A stretch of DNA of 24,000 nucleotides from Bacillus phage vB_BcoS-136, in the sequence record MH884508.1; one strand, 5' to 3'. Numbering within the stretch: the first letter of the stretch is position 1; every line of letters starts with the position of its first letter. Shown here piece after piece: positions 17,591 through 24,000 of this stretch. A program made the position numbers and the translations under genes. The notes beneath the pieces were generated by a model. The model was not told the origin of the DNA, did not search any database, and saw only the letters and a list, made by a program, of their open reading frames with translations.

Positions 17591-17779
17591 CTACGTATTA
17601 AGCCTTTGCCAAGAAATAATCTGTGCTTTAATTCTAGTTATTCCATGACTTTTATCTGCATGAAATTTTTCGATATTAATTAAGTCACTTTCTGTAAGGA
17701 TTTCATTATCTGTTTTGTAATTTAATGATGAAAATACTCCAGTGTCTTCATGTCTAACTACTACGTGAAAATTAAACAT
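17591..17779 (-). CDS. Unknown 62-aa protein
   Basis: First ORF after promoter P6, SD AAGGAGGAA. Confidence 0.7.
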   Translation of the reverse strand: MFNFHVVVRHEDTGVFSSLNYKTDNEILTESDLINIEKFHADKSHGITRIKAQIISWQRLNT

Positions 17780-17832
17780 TTTTATTCCTCCTTACTACAT
17801 AGTTTTTGTCAACCATTCATCTCTATATATAA

Positions 17833-17861
17833 ATTATATCATTATTATTTGCTTTTGTCAA
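17833..17861 (-). promoter_or_regulatory. SigmaA-type extended -10 promoter P6
   Basis: TTGACA (17861-17856), 17-nt spacer, TATAAT (17838-17833), TGA element. Confidence 0.85.
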
Positions 17862-17865
17862 TAGA

Positions 17866-17892
17866 AAACAGTCAGATTTTTTCTGACTGTTT
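17866..17892 (-). terminator. Rho-independent terminator downstream of macro domain gene
   Basis: Arms 17866-17876 aaacagtcaga and 17882-17892 tctgactgttt. Confidence 0.7.
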
Positions 17893-17900
17893 AGTTGTTT

Positions 17901-18374
17901 TTATCCCCTATGTAATTTATATAAAGTAACTTCATAGCCTTCAAATGCAATTAAAAGTAGTTCTTCGACCTCTTTCCAATCTGCCCCACCACGATAACAA
18001 CCTATCATATACGGCATTGCCACAGATAATCCATTTCTTTCTGCAATTCCCCTAATATCTTTGAAGCAATTAAATAAAGCCATAGTGTTAGTATATTGCT
18101 TGCCATCATACCCATATGTAAGTTGACCAAACATATTTGCAACCCATTTATTTTCTCCTACTTCTGCTCCATTTATTCTGCCCAAAAGGTCTTTTTGTTC
18201 AAGACCACTATTGCGATAGTGGTTAACCATTTTTATATAACTTTCATACGCTTGTGGAAATGTTTTTCGGATAGACTTTGCAACTCCACTATTCATCGCA
18301 CCTTGACAGTTTACTTGGTGGCAAATGATATTCTCTGTAGCTTGTAGTAAGTCGCCTTGTACAATCTTAATCAT
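17901..18374 (-). CDS. Macro domain protein (ADP-ribose-binding/hydrolase-like)
   Basis: MIKIVQGDLLQATENIICHQVNCQGAMNSGVAKSIRKTFP...MPYMIGCYRGGADW; typical Poa1p/TARG1-like macro domain pattern. Confidence 0.9.
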   Translation of the reverse strand: MIKIVQGDLLQATENIICHQVNCQGAMNSGVAKSIRKTFPQAYESYIKMVNHYRNSGLEQKDLLGRINGAEVGENKWVANMFGQLTYGYDGKQYTNTMALFNCFKDIRGIAERNGLSVAMPYMIGCYRGGADWKEVEELLLIAFEGYEVTLYKLHRG

Positions 18375-18498
18375 TATCCACCCTCATTTCAATTTCTTTA
18401 ATTTTTACTTCCGATTCATACTTGTACATTAGAGCTGTACAACTAGCCATTGAAATAAACATAGATGAAATAACAATCCCTAACACCCAATCTCTCAT
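18367..18498 (-). CDS. Small membrane-anchored protein, 43 aa (not in supplied track)
   Basis: MRDWVLGIVISSMFISMASCTALMYKYESEVKIKEIEMRVDND*; overlaps start of macro gene. Confidence 0.55.
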   Translation of the reverse strand: MRDWVLGIVISSMFISMASCTALMYKYESEVKIKEIEMRVDND

Positions 18499-18947
18499 TA
18501 TTCAACACCATCCATAGCCATATTTGCTAACTCGTCTGCTCGTTCATTTAATTCGACACCTGCATGTCCACGGACTTTTACAAATTGAATATCTTCTTGC
18601 AAATTTACTAGTCTATCTAATTCTTTCCATAGCTCTAGGTTTTCGATAACTTTATTATCGGATTTTCTCCAACCCCGCTTCTTCCAACCCTCAACCCATT
18701 GATTAGCACCGTTTACAACGTAAGCACTATCGCAATGTACTCTTACAGGTATATTGGTGGTCTTCAAGGCTCGAAGGGCGTTGATAGCACCCTTCAATTC
18801 TTGAATGTTGTTGGTTGTATTTCTTTCACCCTCATACAATTCTTTAACATGACCTTTGTACTCTAGGACTGCACCCCAACCACCAATGTTTTCTTCTTTA
18901 TTATTTCCACGACATCCTCCGTCGCAGTATATAATAATTGAATCCAT
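18498..18947 (-). CDS. rnhA: Ribonuclease HI
   Basis: MDSIIIYCDGGCRGNNKEENIGGWGAVLEYKG...ELKGAINALRAL...VHCDSAYVVNGANQWVEGWKKRGWRKSDNKVIENLELWKEL...VRGHAGVELNERADELA; RNase HI catalytic motifs present. Confidence 0.96.
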   Translation of the reverse strand: MDSIIIYCDGGCRGNNKEENIGGWGAVLEYKGHVKELYEGERNTTNNIQELKGAINALRALKTTNIPVRVHCDSAYVVNGANQWVEGWKKRGWRKSDNKVIENLELWKELDRLVNLQEDIQFVKVRGHAGVELNERADELANMAMDGVE

Positions 18948-18948
18948 A

Positions 18949-19182
18949 TTACAAATCCTTTAATATGTCTTTTATGATTTCAGTTGCTTGTTGTGAAAGC
19001 AATTCTTTCTCATTTTCTACACCAAGAATATCAGAATATGCTTCAACTGTTTTGCTTAAAAGACCTGTAACTAATTTAATCTTTTCTAACTGGTCAAGTT
19101 CAAGCTCTAAGCCTTGGTCTTCTACTGCTTGCAAAATACCATTTACTGCCCATAATTTAATTTTTAACTCTTTGTTTTCCAT
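18949..19182 (-). CDS. Unknown small protein
   Basis: MENKELKIKLWAVNG...; ATG 19182 behind AAGGAGTG. Confidence 0.65.
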   Translation of the reverse strand: MENKELKIKLWAVNGILQAVEDQGLELELDQLEKIKLVTGLLSKTVEAYSDILGVENEKELLSQQATEIIKDILKDL

Positions 19183-19211
19183 TTTCAACACTCCTTATGT
19201 AATATATTAAT

Positions 19212-19240
19212 ATTATACCATTATTTTTTATTTATGTCAA
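19212..19240 (-). promoter_or_regulatory. SigmaA-type extended -10 promoter P7
   Basis: TTGACA (19240-19235), 17-nt spacer, TATAAT (19217-19212), TGG element. Confidence 0.84.
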
Positions 19241-19305
19241 CCTAATTCAATATCAATAAATAATCCACCAATTATTAATCCTACTATAAATCCAAATAAA
19301 AACAT
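19237..19305 (-). CDS. 22-aa hydrophobic micro-protein (not in supplied track)
   Basis: MFLFGFIVGLIIGGLFIDIELG*; SD AAGAGGTGAAA. Confidence 0.5.
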   Translation of the reverse strand: MFLFGFIVGLIIGGLFIDIELG

Positions 19306-19318
19306 TAAATTTCACCTC

Positions 19319-19449
19319 TTAAAGCTCGAATCCGTTTTTAGGTCGGTATGGATGCATTTCTTCTATTTCAAAATTTGCAAAACCATTAGTTCTATTATGA
19401 AATACGGCTACTCTGTGGTTGCCATTCAATTCTAAAACAATTTCTCCAT
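19319..19449 (-). CDS. Small ORF lacking a canonical in-frame start; possible frameshifted gene
   Basis: Frame encodes ...EIVLELNGNHRVAVFHNRTNGFANFEIEEMHPYRPKNGFEL*, but the only SD-preceded ATG (19449) is in another frame (MEKLF*). Confidence 0.4.
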
Positions 19450-19476
19450 ATTTAACACTCCCTGTATAATAGATTT

Positions 19477-19752
19477 TTATTCATCGTAGACTAACAATTC
19501 ATAACCAACATTCTCATTTCCTATATACATATATGTTTTATCTTGTCCTTTTATATTGATTAAGAATTTTTTAACTGTAAATCTCCACCTATCATTCTTG
19601 ACAACTTCAACTTTAATGTGTGAGATTGGCACGTCAAACTCTTTTGCTATCTCTATTTGAATTTCTTCTGAAACACTTTTATTATAATCAGTACTATCGC
19701 AACCCGCTAAGAATAGGGCAGTTATTAGTAATAGAAATATGTATTTAATTTT
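19477..19752 (-). CDS. Small lipoprotein
   Basis: MKIKYIFLLLITALFLAGCDS: signal peptide with lipobox LAGC; start probably ATG 19752. Confidence 0.75.
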   Translation of the reverse strand, partial: KIKYIFLLLITALFLAGCDSTDYNKSVSEEIQIEIAKEFDVPISHIKVEVVKNDRWRFTVKKFLINIKGQDKTYMYIGNENVGYELLVYDE

Positions 19753-19771
19753 CATATCTAACACTCTCCTT

Positions 19772-19975
19772 TTATCCTTCAAGGACTTTTATTATATCTT
19801 CTAAATCTTTCTTTCTTTCTTCTAGATATTTTTCATCTTCTAAAATTGCCTCTTTTCGTTCTTCAAGACGTTTTTCATAACTTTCGATAAACCTCTCTAT
19901 TCCCTTTCGTTCTACCTCTAGTAATTTAACAACATTTTCTGGTAGAAAATTAACATTTTTTATCACAATTATCAT
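19772..19975 (-). CDS. Unknown small coiled-coil protein
   Basis: 67 aa, charged helix ERKGIERFIESYEKRLEERKEAILEDEKYLEERKKDLEDI. Confidence 0.6.
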   Translation of the reverse strand: MIIVIKNVNFLPENVVKLLEVERKGIERFIESYEKRLEERKEAILEDEKYLEERKKDLEDIIKVLEG

Positions 19976-19996
19976 CTCCTATGTAAAAGAATTATT

Positions 19997-20320
19997 TTAT
20001 CCAACAGTTTTTCTTTGCTTATATTTACTGTATTTCTTGCTCAAATAATAAGCTCCCTTGCCTCTATATATGCTACTTCCTAATATATATACAAAATCTT
20101 CATATTCACTATTATTTACACCCATAGCTTTTTCTTTAGCAACTTTTTCACGAATATCTTCCCACACATCGTCTATATCTAGCTCATATAATATAGATTT
20201 TGAGTTACATTTTTTACAGATAAAGTGCCATTTATTTAAACAGATAACTGTAAGAAATGGCACATATCTACTAACATGATAGCAATCATATTCATGTTTA
20301 CATAGCAGTCTTTTAATCAT
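19997..20320 (-). CDS. Unknown Cys/His-containing protein
   Basis: MIKRLLCKHEYDCYHV...WHFICKKCNSK; start at ATG 20320 behind AAGGAGTG. Confidence 0.65.
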   Translation of the reverse strand: MIKRLLCKHEYDCYHVSRYVPFLTVICLNKWHFICKKCNSKSILYELDIDDVWEDIREKVAKEKAMGVNNSEYEDFVYILGSSIYRGKGAYYLSKKYSKYKQRKTVG

Positions 20321-20355
20321 ATTTTCACTCCTTGATAATAGATTCATTTTATCTC

Positions 20356-20715
20356 CTAAACTGTTATAACTACTCTTAATTTGATGCCTTTTTTGTTCGC
20401 TAAATCTATCATATGTCTTGTTCCTCTACTTTTTCTATCCCAAAAACAAACACACGCATCTGCATAATTTGCCATTTCTGCATTTCTTCGATAGCCTGCT
20501 GACTTTCCATATTTTTCCCAATCGGCAGGGAATATTTTAAGTCCACAATTATGTTCTTTTGCGAATCTTTCTCCTAGTTTATCTGCCCCTCTAGCTCCAC
20601 CACTAACTATTTCTACTTCATCTAAATTCTTATTCTGTAATAAATGTATTAGATTCCTCTTTAATAAGTCATAGTTATTAAAATCTCTAGTGCCTGCTAC
20701 GATAATCTTAAACAT
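20356..20715 (-). CDS. SLOG-family protein (DUF2493/YAcAr-like)
   Basis: FKIIVAGTRDFNNY...VSGGARGADKLGERFAKEH...FPADWEKYGKSAGYRRNAEMANYADACVCFWDRKSRGTRHMIDLA. Confidence 0.9.
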   Translation of the reverse strand: MFKIIVAGTRDFNNYDLLKRNLIHLLQNKNLDEVEIVSGGARGADKLGERFAKEHNCGLKIFPADWEKYGKSAGYRRNAEMANYADACVCFWDRKSRGTRHMIDLANKKGIKLRVVITV

Positions 20716-20938
20716 CTTCTTCGCTCTTCTTCTTTCTGTTCTTGAATTTATTTACCATATCTTTAATCTTATTATCTACTAGATTAAAGCTAGGCTCATG
20801 CACCATCTTCCATATTTCTGAAATAAAAACCCAACCTATTCTTACTATGATAAATAGTATCGCAATCCCAACTGCCATAAAAACCGCATTTGCAACTAAG
20901 CTAATAAGAAACATAATTACTTGATTAAATAATTCCAT
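20708..20938 (-). CDS. Small membrane protein
   Basis: Hydrophobic segment VIMFLISLVANAVFMAVGIAILFIIVRIGWVFI; start probably ATG 20938. Confidence 0.7.
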   Translation of the reverse strand: MELFNQVIMFLISLVANAVFMAVGIAILFIIVRIGWVFISEIWKMVHEPSFNLVDNKIKDMVNKFKNRKKKSEEDV

Positions 20939-20943
20939 ATGTA

Positions 20944-21198
20944 TCACTCACCTTTAACGTATTTTAATCTATATTGAATAATACCGAAAAACAAATTTAC
21001 TACACTTAATACTACAAATATCGAAGAAAATATTATAAATAGATAGCTTTTTGCTAATATTCCAACATTGAGTAAAAATACAAAAACAAGTAAATGAAAT
21101 ATTTCGTTAGATATAATCATGGCAGGACTAGACCTTCGCTCTTCTACTAAGTTTTTGTCATAATTATTAAATCCTTTAAATAATTTTTTCATAATCAT
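20944..21198 (-). CDS. Small membrane protein, two TM segments
   Basis: FHLLVFVFLLNVGILAKSYLFIIFSSIFVVLSVVNLFFGII; ATGA-type overlap with upstream gene. Confidence 0.7.
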   Translation of the reverse strand: MIMKKLFKGFNNYDKNLVEERRSSPAMIISNEIFHLLVFVFLLNVGILAKSYLFIIFSSIFVVLSVVNLFFGIIQYRLKYVKGE

Positions 21199-21905
21199 AC
21201 ACTCTCCCTAATCTTGTTTTCTAAAGCATTATTACGCTTTCTTTCTTGCTCTAATTTCATTTCTAACTCTTCGATTCTAGTTTTTAATCTACTTTCTTCT
21301 TCGTGTGCTTTTTGTATTCGTTTTAAATGTGGCACAATTGTTGTTTTGGCAGAGTGAAAGTAGTTCGCATAATTTGGATACATCTTTCTAGCTTTCTTAA
21401 AAAATGGTAGAAAATGTTTCTCCGTTTCATTTGCTTGCCTTATTTCATGTTTTCCACTTGTAGCATATAGAGTACTAAAATTATGTTTTCTATCTGCTGT
21501 TTTAACCAAGCATCTTCTAAAGTCTCTTAGAATCTCCGATAAATAAGCCTCCATATTCTCATGCTCTTTATAGTTTATTCCTTCCTTTTTAGTTACACCT
21601 TCAACAACATAAGCAACTTCTTCACCAAATAATGCTTTTAAATCATTAATCTTCAAAGCCTCAATGTCTTCAACAGAATCATGAAGTATACATGAAGTTA
21701 AAGTAATTTCATCAGTAATTCCATGATTAATTAAATCTTGTGTAGAGTCTACTAGGTGATAGTAATAGTGACTACCATCTTTTCTGGAATAACCGTTATC
21801 TGCATTCATAACTCCAATCATCCAGTTTAAAGCTCTTAATGAGTCAAAACATTCTAGCCTAACCAAGTCTTTTTGCAGTTGTATTACCCTAGTTTCTTTT
21901 GACAT
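21195..21905 (-). CDS. HD-domain hydrolase of RelA/SpoT (MESH1-like) type
   Basis: YYHHLV..., SCILHDSVEDIEALKINDLKALFGEEVAYVVEGVTK...RCLVKTADRKHNFSTL; HD motif followed by TADRxHN as in (p)ppGpp hydrolase domains. Start probably ATG 21905. Confidence 0.8.
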   Translation of the reverse strand: MSKETRVIQLQKDLVRLECFDSLRALNWMIGVMNADNGYSRKDGSHYYYHLVDSTQDLINHGITDEITLTSCILHDSVEDIEALKINDLKALFGEEVAYVVEGVTKKEGINYKEHENMEAYLSEILRDFRRCLVKTADRKHNFSTLYATSGKHEIRQANETEKHFLPFFKKARKMYPNYANYFHSAKTTIVPHLKRIQKAHEEESRLKTRIEELEMKLEQERKRNNALENKIRESV

Positions 21906-21916
21906 ATGTATCACTC

Positions 21917-22063
21917 CTAATCTCTAAATATTAATTGAGAGCTATGAATTATTACTACTCCTAATAACACCAACCCAAATTCATTAAATCCAAAATCCTC
22001 GATTGTTGAGAAAATAATTGCAAAACCAATACTACCAAACAAAATTCTTAAAAATGCATTCAT
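21917..22063 (-). CDS. Small membrane protein, 48 aa (not in supplied track)
   Basis: MNAFLRILFGSIGFAIIFSTIEDFGFNEFGLVLLGVVIIHSSQLIFRD*; SD AAGGAGGATG; first ORF after P8. Confidence 0.65.
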   Translation of the reverse strand: MNAFLRILFGSIGFAIIFSTIEDFGFNEFGLVLLGVVIIHSSQLIFRD

Positions 22064-22087
22064 ATGTATCATCCTCCTTATATTTAT

Positions 22088-22116
22088 ATTATATCATTAT
22101 TATTGTCATTTGTCAA
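22088..22116 (-). promoter_or_regulatory. SigmaA-type extended -10 promoter P8
   Basis: TTGACA (22116-22111), 17-nt spacer, TATAAT (22093-22088), TGA element. Confidence 0.85.
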
Positions 22117-22131
22117 TAGACTTTTATGAAA

Positions 22132-22160
22132 AAAGGTGAGATATTTTAAATCTCACCTTT
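22132..22160 (-). terminator. Rho-independent terminator after recJ-like gene
   Basis: Arms 22132-22142 aaaggtgagat and 22150-22160 atctcaccttt, with a T-rich tract on the minus strand. Confidence 0.85.
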
Positions 22161-22165
22161 AAGTT

Positions 22166-23857
22166 TTACTCAACTCGATAATCTTCTATCATAATCTGTG
22201 GAGTAGATATTTTCTGTTTTAATCCGAAGTTGTAAAATTCATTCATTTGTAGTTGACCAACTACAGAAATTTCGTCGAAATAACCAAGTTCGGAAGCATA
22301 ATCCTCATTAACTCTAAATTTAATTAATTCTAAATTATCAAACGTTTTAATTTTAACAGTTTCCATAGTTTTACCAATACACTGTGATTCTTCAACAGTA
22401 ATGTTATTTACTTTTACAATTACTTTAGGGAATCCATTTCCTACTATTAGATTGATTTGTTCCATATCTCTAATATGTTCATGTATTTCACTAATGTCAA
22501 ACTCTAAATCATATACGATAGTAGGTTCTCTTTCATCAAGAGATGGCATATTTGCTTCAATATAATTCTCTAAATCTCCTAATAAAGTCTCAGAGATTAT
22601 AATACCGCCTGCCCCTTCATGCCCTAGAGCTTCGATTTTAAATCCTAAATCACCAAATTGTTGAAGGAATGATTTAAATTTAAATCCGTTGTAACTACGG
22701 AAACTGCCACTAACAGTACCATTATGTATTCTTCCAACAATAACAGGTCTTTTGTATGTTTCTGATAAGTTTTGTGCAACAATACCGTTAAATCCCTTAC
22801 TAGATTGCTCATCGAAAACCATAAGTACTTTTTGACTTGAATCTACTTTTTTCATATAGTTTTCTACAATCTGTTTCTGTAACTCTTTACGCTTATCATT
22901 TAGCTTCTGCATCTGTAATCGAAGCTTTTTACAAACATTGTCATCATCTTCTAACAATATGTCAATTGCTAGTTTTATACTGCCCATACGTGCCACACCA
23001 TTCAATAGTGGTGCTATACTAAATCCAATTGCACTAGAATCAATCTTAAATAAATCTACTTTTGCACCTTTTAATATTCTTAATAGTCCTGTATTCTTGA
23101 TGTTTCTAAGTCCATGCATAATCATGAATCTATTTTCTAAAACATCTACTCTCATAACATCGGCATACATTCCTACTGCTACTAAATCCATAAAATAGAA
23201 TGGGTCTATTTCTCCTAGTTCATCTTCCATAACTTGAATAGTTTTAAATACAACCCCTGCTCCAGAAATGGATTTATTTGGATATACACAACCCTCTTGT
23301 TGAGGATTAACCATTAAGACATGAGGATTCGGTCTTTCAATCTCATGGTGGTCAAGGATAATAATATCAATACCAACACTGGCTATGTTTTCACAAACCT
23401 TTGTGTCATTAGATGAAGAGTCGATTAGAATTAGTAAGTCTGCTTCTTTAACTTTTGCTATATTATTTCTAGCTCTCTCTAATCGCTCTGCATTATTTTC
23501 TTCATTAAGATTTGTTTTTAACTGTTCTGTAATACCATGACCATCATTACGTTCACCGTAAATATAATCTATATTACTAGTGTAATGTCCTAACCATCTC
23601 AACATAATCGTTGTGGCAGTAATACCATCTGCATCTGCATCATATGAAACTACTATTCTTTCATTGTTGCGGATAGCCTGTATAATTCTTTCACTAGCCT
23701 TTTCTACATTCTTTAACAAGTAAGGACTGTGAAGTTCATCCTGTGTAGGATTTAAAAATCTGGAAATATCGTCTATCCCTCTAATTTTAGCAACACTATC
23801 TATAAGATTATCATGCTTCTTTGGTGTCACCTTTGCCTTTCTCTGCAACCACTTCAT
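22166..23857 (-). CDS. recJ: RecJ-like single-strand DNA exonuclease (DHH/DHHA1)
   Basis: RIVVSYDADADGITATTIMLRWL, LILIDSSSND, IIILDHHEI, ISGAGVVFKTIQ, and DHHA1-like GHEGAGGIIIS motifs. Confidence 0.92.
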   Translation of the reverse strand: MKWLQRKAKVTPKKHDNLIDSVAKIRGIDDISRFLNPTQDELHSPYLLKNVEKASERIIQAIRNNERIVVSYDADADGITATTIMLRWLGHYTSNIDYIYGERNDGHGITEQLKTNLNEENNAERLERARNNIAKVKEADLLILIDSSSNDTKVCENIASVGIDIIILDHHEIERPNPHVLMVNPQQEGCVYPNKSISGAGVVFKTIQVMEDELGEIDPFYFMDLVAVGMYADVMRVDVLENRFMIMHGLRNIKNTGLLRILKGAKVDLFKIDSSAIGFSIAPLLNGVARMGSIKLAIDILLEDDDNVCKKLRLQMQKLNDKRKELQKQIVENYMKKVDSSQKVLMVFDEQSSKGFNGIVAQNLSETYKRPVIVGRIHNGTVSGSFRSYNGFKFKSFLQQFGDLGFKIEALGHEGAGGIIISETLLGDLENYIEANMPSLDEREPTIVYDLEFDISEIHEHIRDMEQINLIVGNGFPKVIVKVNNITVEESQCIGKTMETVKIKTFDNLELIKFRVNEDYASELGYFDEISVVGQLQMNEFYNFGLKQKISTPQIMIEDYRVE

Positions 23858-24000
23858 TAACTAAACGCTCCCCTTCTTCTTCTAGGTGAAAGTCTTCTTC
23901 TGCAATTTCTTTGTTGATTTCTCCCATTTCTTGGTATCCGTTTGCCATATCCATATAACGCTTCACCTGTTTGAAACCTTCGATATAAGAAAGGATTGCT
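23811..24000 (-). CDS. C-terminal part of an unknown small protein, possibly CopG/MazE-like antitoxin-related (truncated by window edge)
   Basis: ...AILSYIEGFKQVKRYMDMANGYQEMGEINKEIAEEDFHLEEEGERLVNEVVAEKGKGDTKEA*; overlaps the recJ-like start by 47 nt. Confidence 0.5.
   Translation of the reverse strand, partial: AILSYIEGFKQVKRYMDMANGYQEMGEINKEIAEEDFHLEEEGERLVNEVVAEKGKGDTKEA

Noticed and set aside
17796-17812. Second TTGACA on the minus strand just downstream of P6
   Set aside because: No -10-like hexamer at 16-18 nt; the following sequence is the SD and start of the 17779 gene.
3393-23198. Plus-strand ORFs in the supplied track (e.g. 3393-3578, 3637-3870, 5216-5446, 7428-7847, 8350-8607, 10839-11201, 13469-13756, 14071-14430, 18096-18347, 22938-23198)
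   Set aside because: Each lies antisense to, or mostly across, a well-supported minus-strand gene. Their compositions are Ser/Leu/Phe-rich, typical of antisense reading of AT-rich genes, and I saw no protein-family signature in any.
1-24000. CRISPR arrays, tRNA/rRNA genes, transposons, introns or inteins
   Set aside because: No regularly spaced direct repeats, no recognisable tRNA cloverleaf, no transposase or homing endonuclease motifs. NrdE, ParC, ParE and RecJ-like ORFs are continuous without internal insertions.

Overview
AT-rich window in which every convincing gene is on the minus strand, so transcription runs from high to low coordinates. Genes are tightly packed, often with ATGA or TAATG overlaps. 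The content looks like the nucleotide-metabolism and accessory region of a large bacteriophage of a low-GC Gram-positive host. Phage origin is an inference: no structural genes are visible. Recognisable products, in transcription order: C-terminal fragment of a possible antitoxin-like protein, RecJ-like DHH exonuclease, RelA/SpoT-type HD hydrolase, SLOG/DUF2493 protein, small lipoprotein, RNase HI, macro domain protein, about 5.5 kb of small unknown, zinc-ribbon and membrane ORFs, COG3541-like nucleotidyltransferase, ParE and ParC-type topoisomerase subunits, PcfJ-like protein, SPFH/Band 7 protein with a 24-aa membrane micro-ORF, nucleoside 2-deoxyribosyltransferase-like protein, NrdE, NrdI, and NrdF (partial). 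Main non-coding observations: (1) eight near-identical promoters (TTGAC[A/T]-N17-TATAAT, all with an extended TGR element before the -10) divide the window into transcription units; (2) a 14-bp stem-loop lies in the unusually long leader of the RNR operon; (3) two small genes appear broken by single-base shifts near homopolymers (13152-13158 and about 19440-19449); (4) several micro-ORFs with good Shine-Dalgarno sequences are missing from the ORF track. The plus-strand ORFs in the track look like spurious antisense ORFs.
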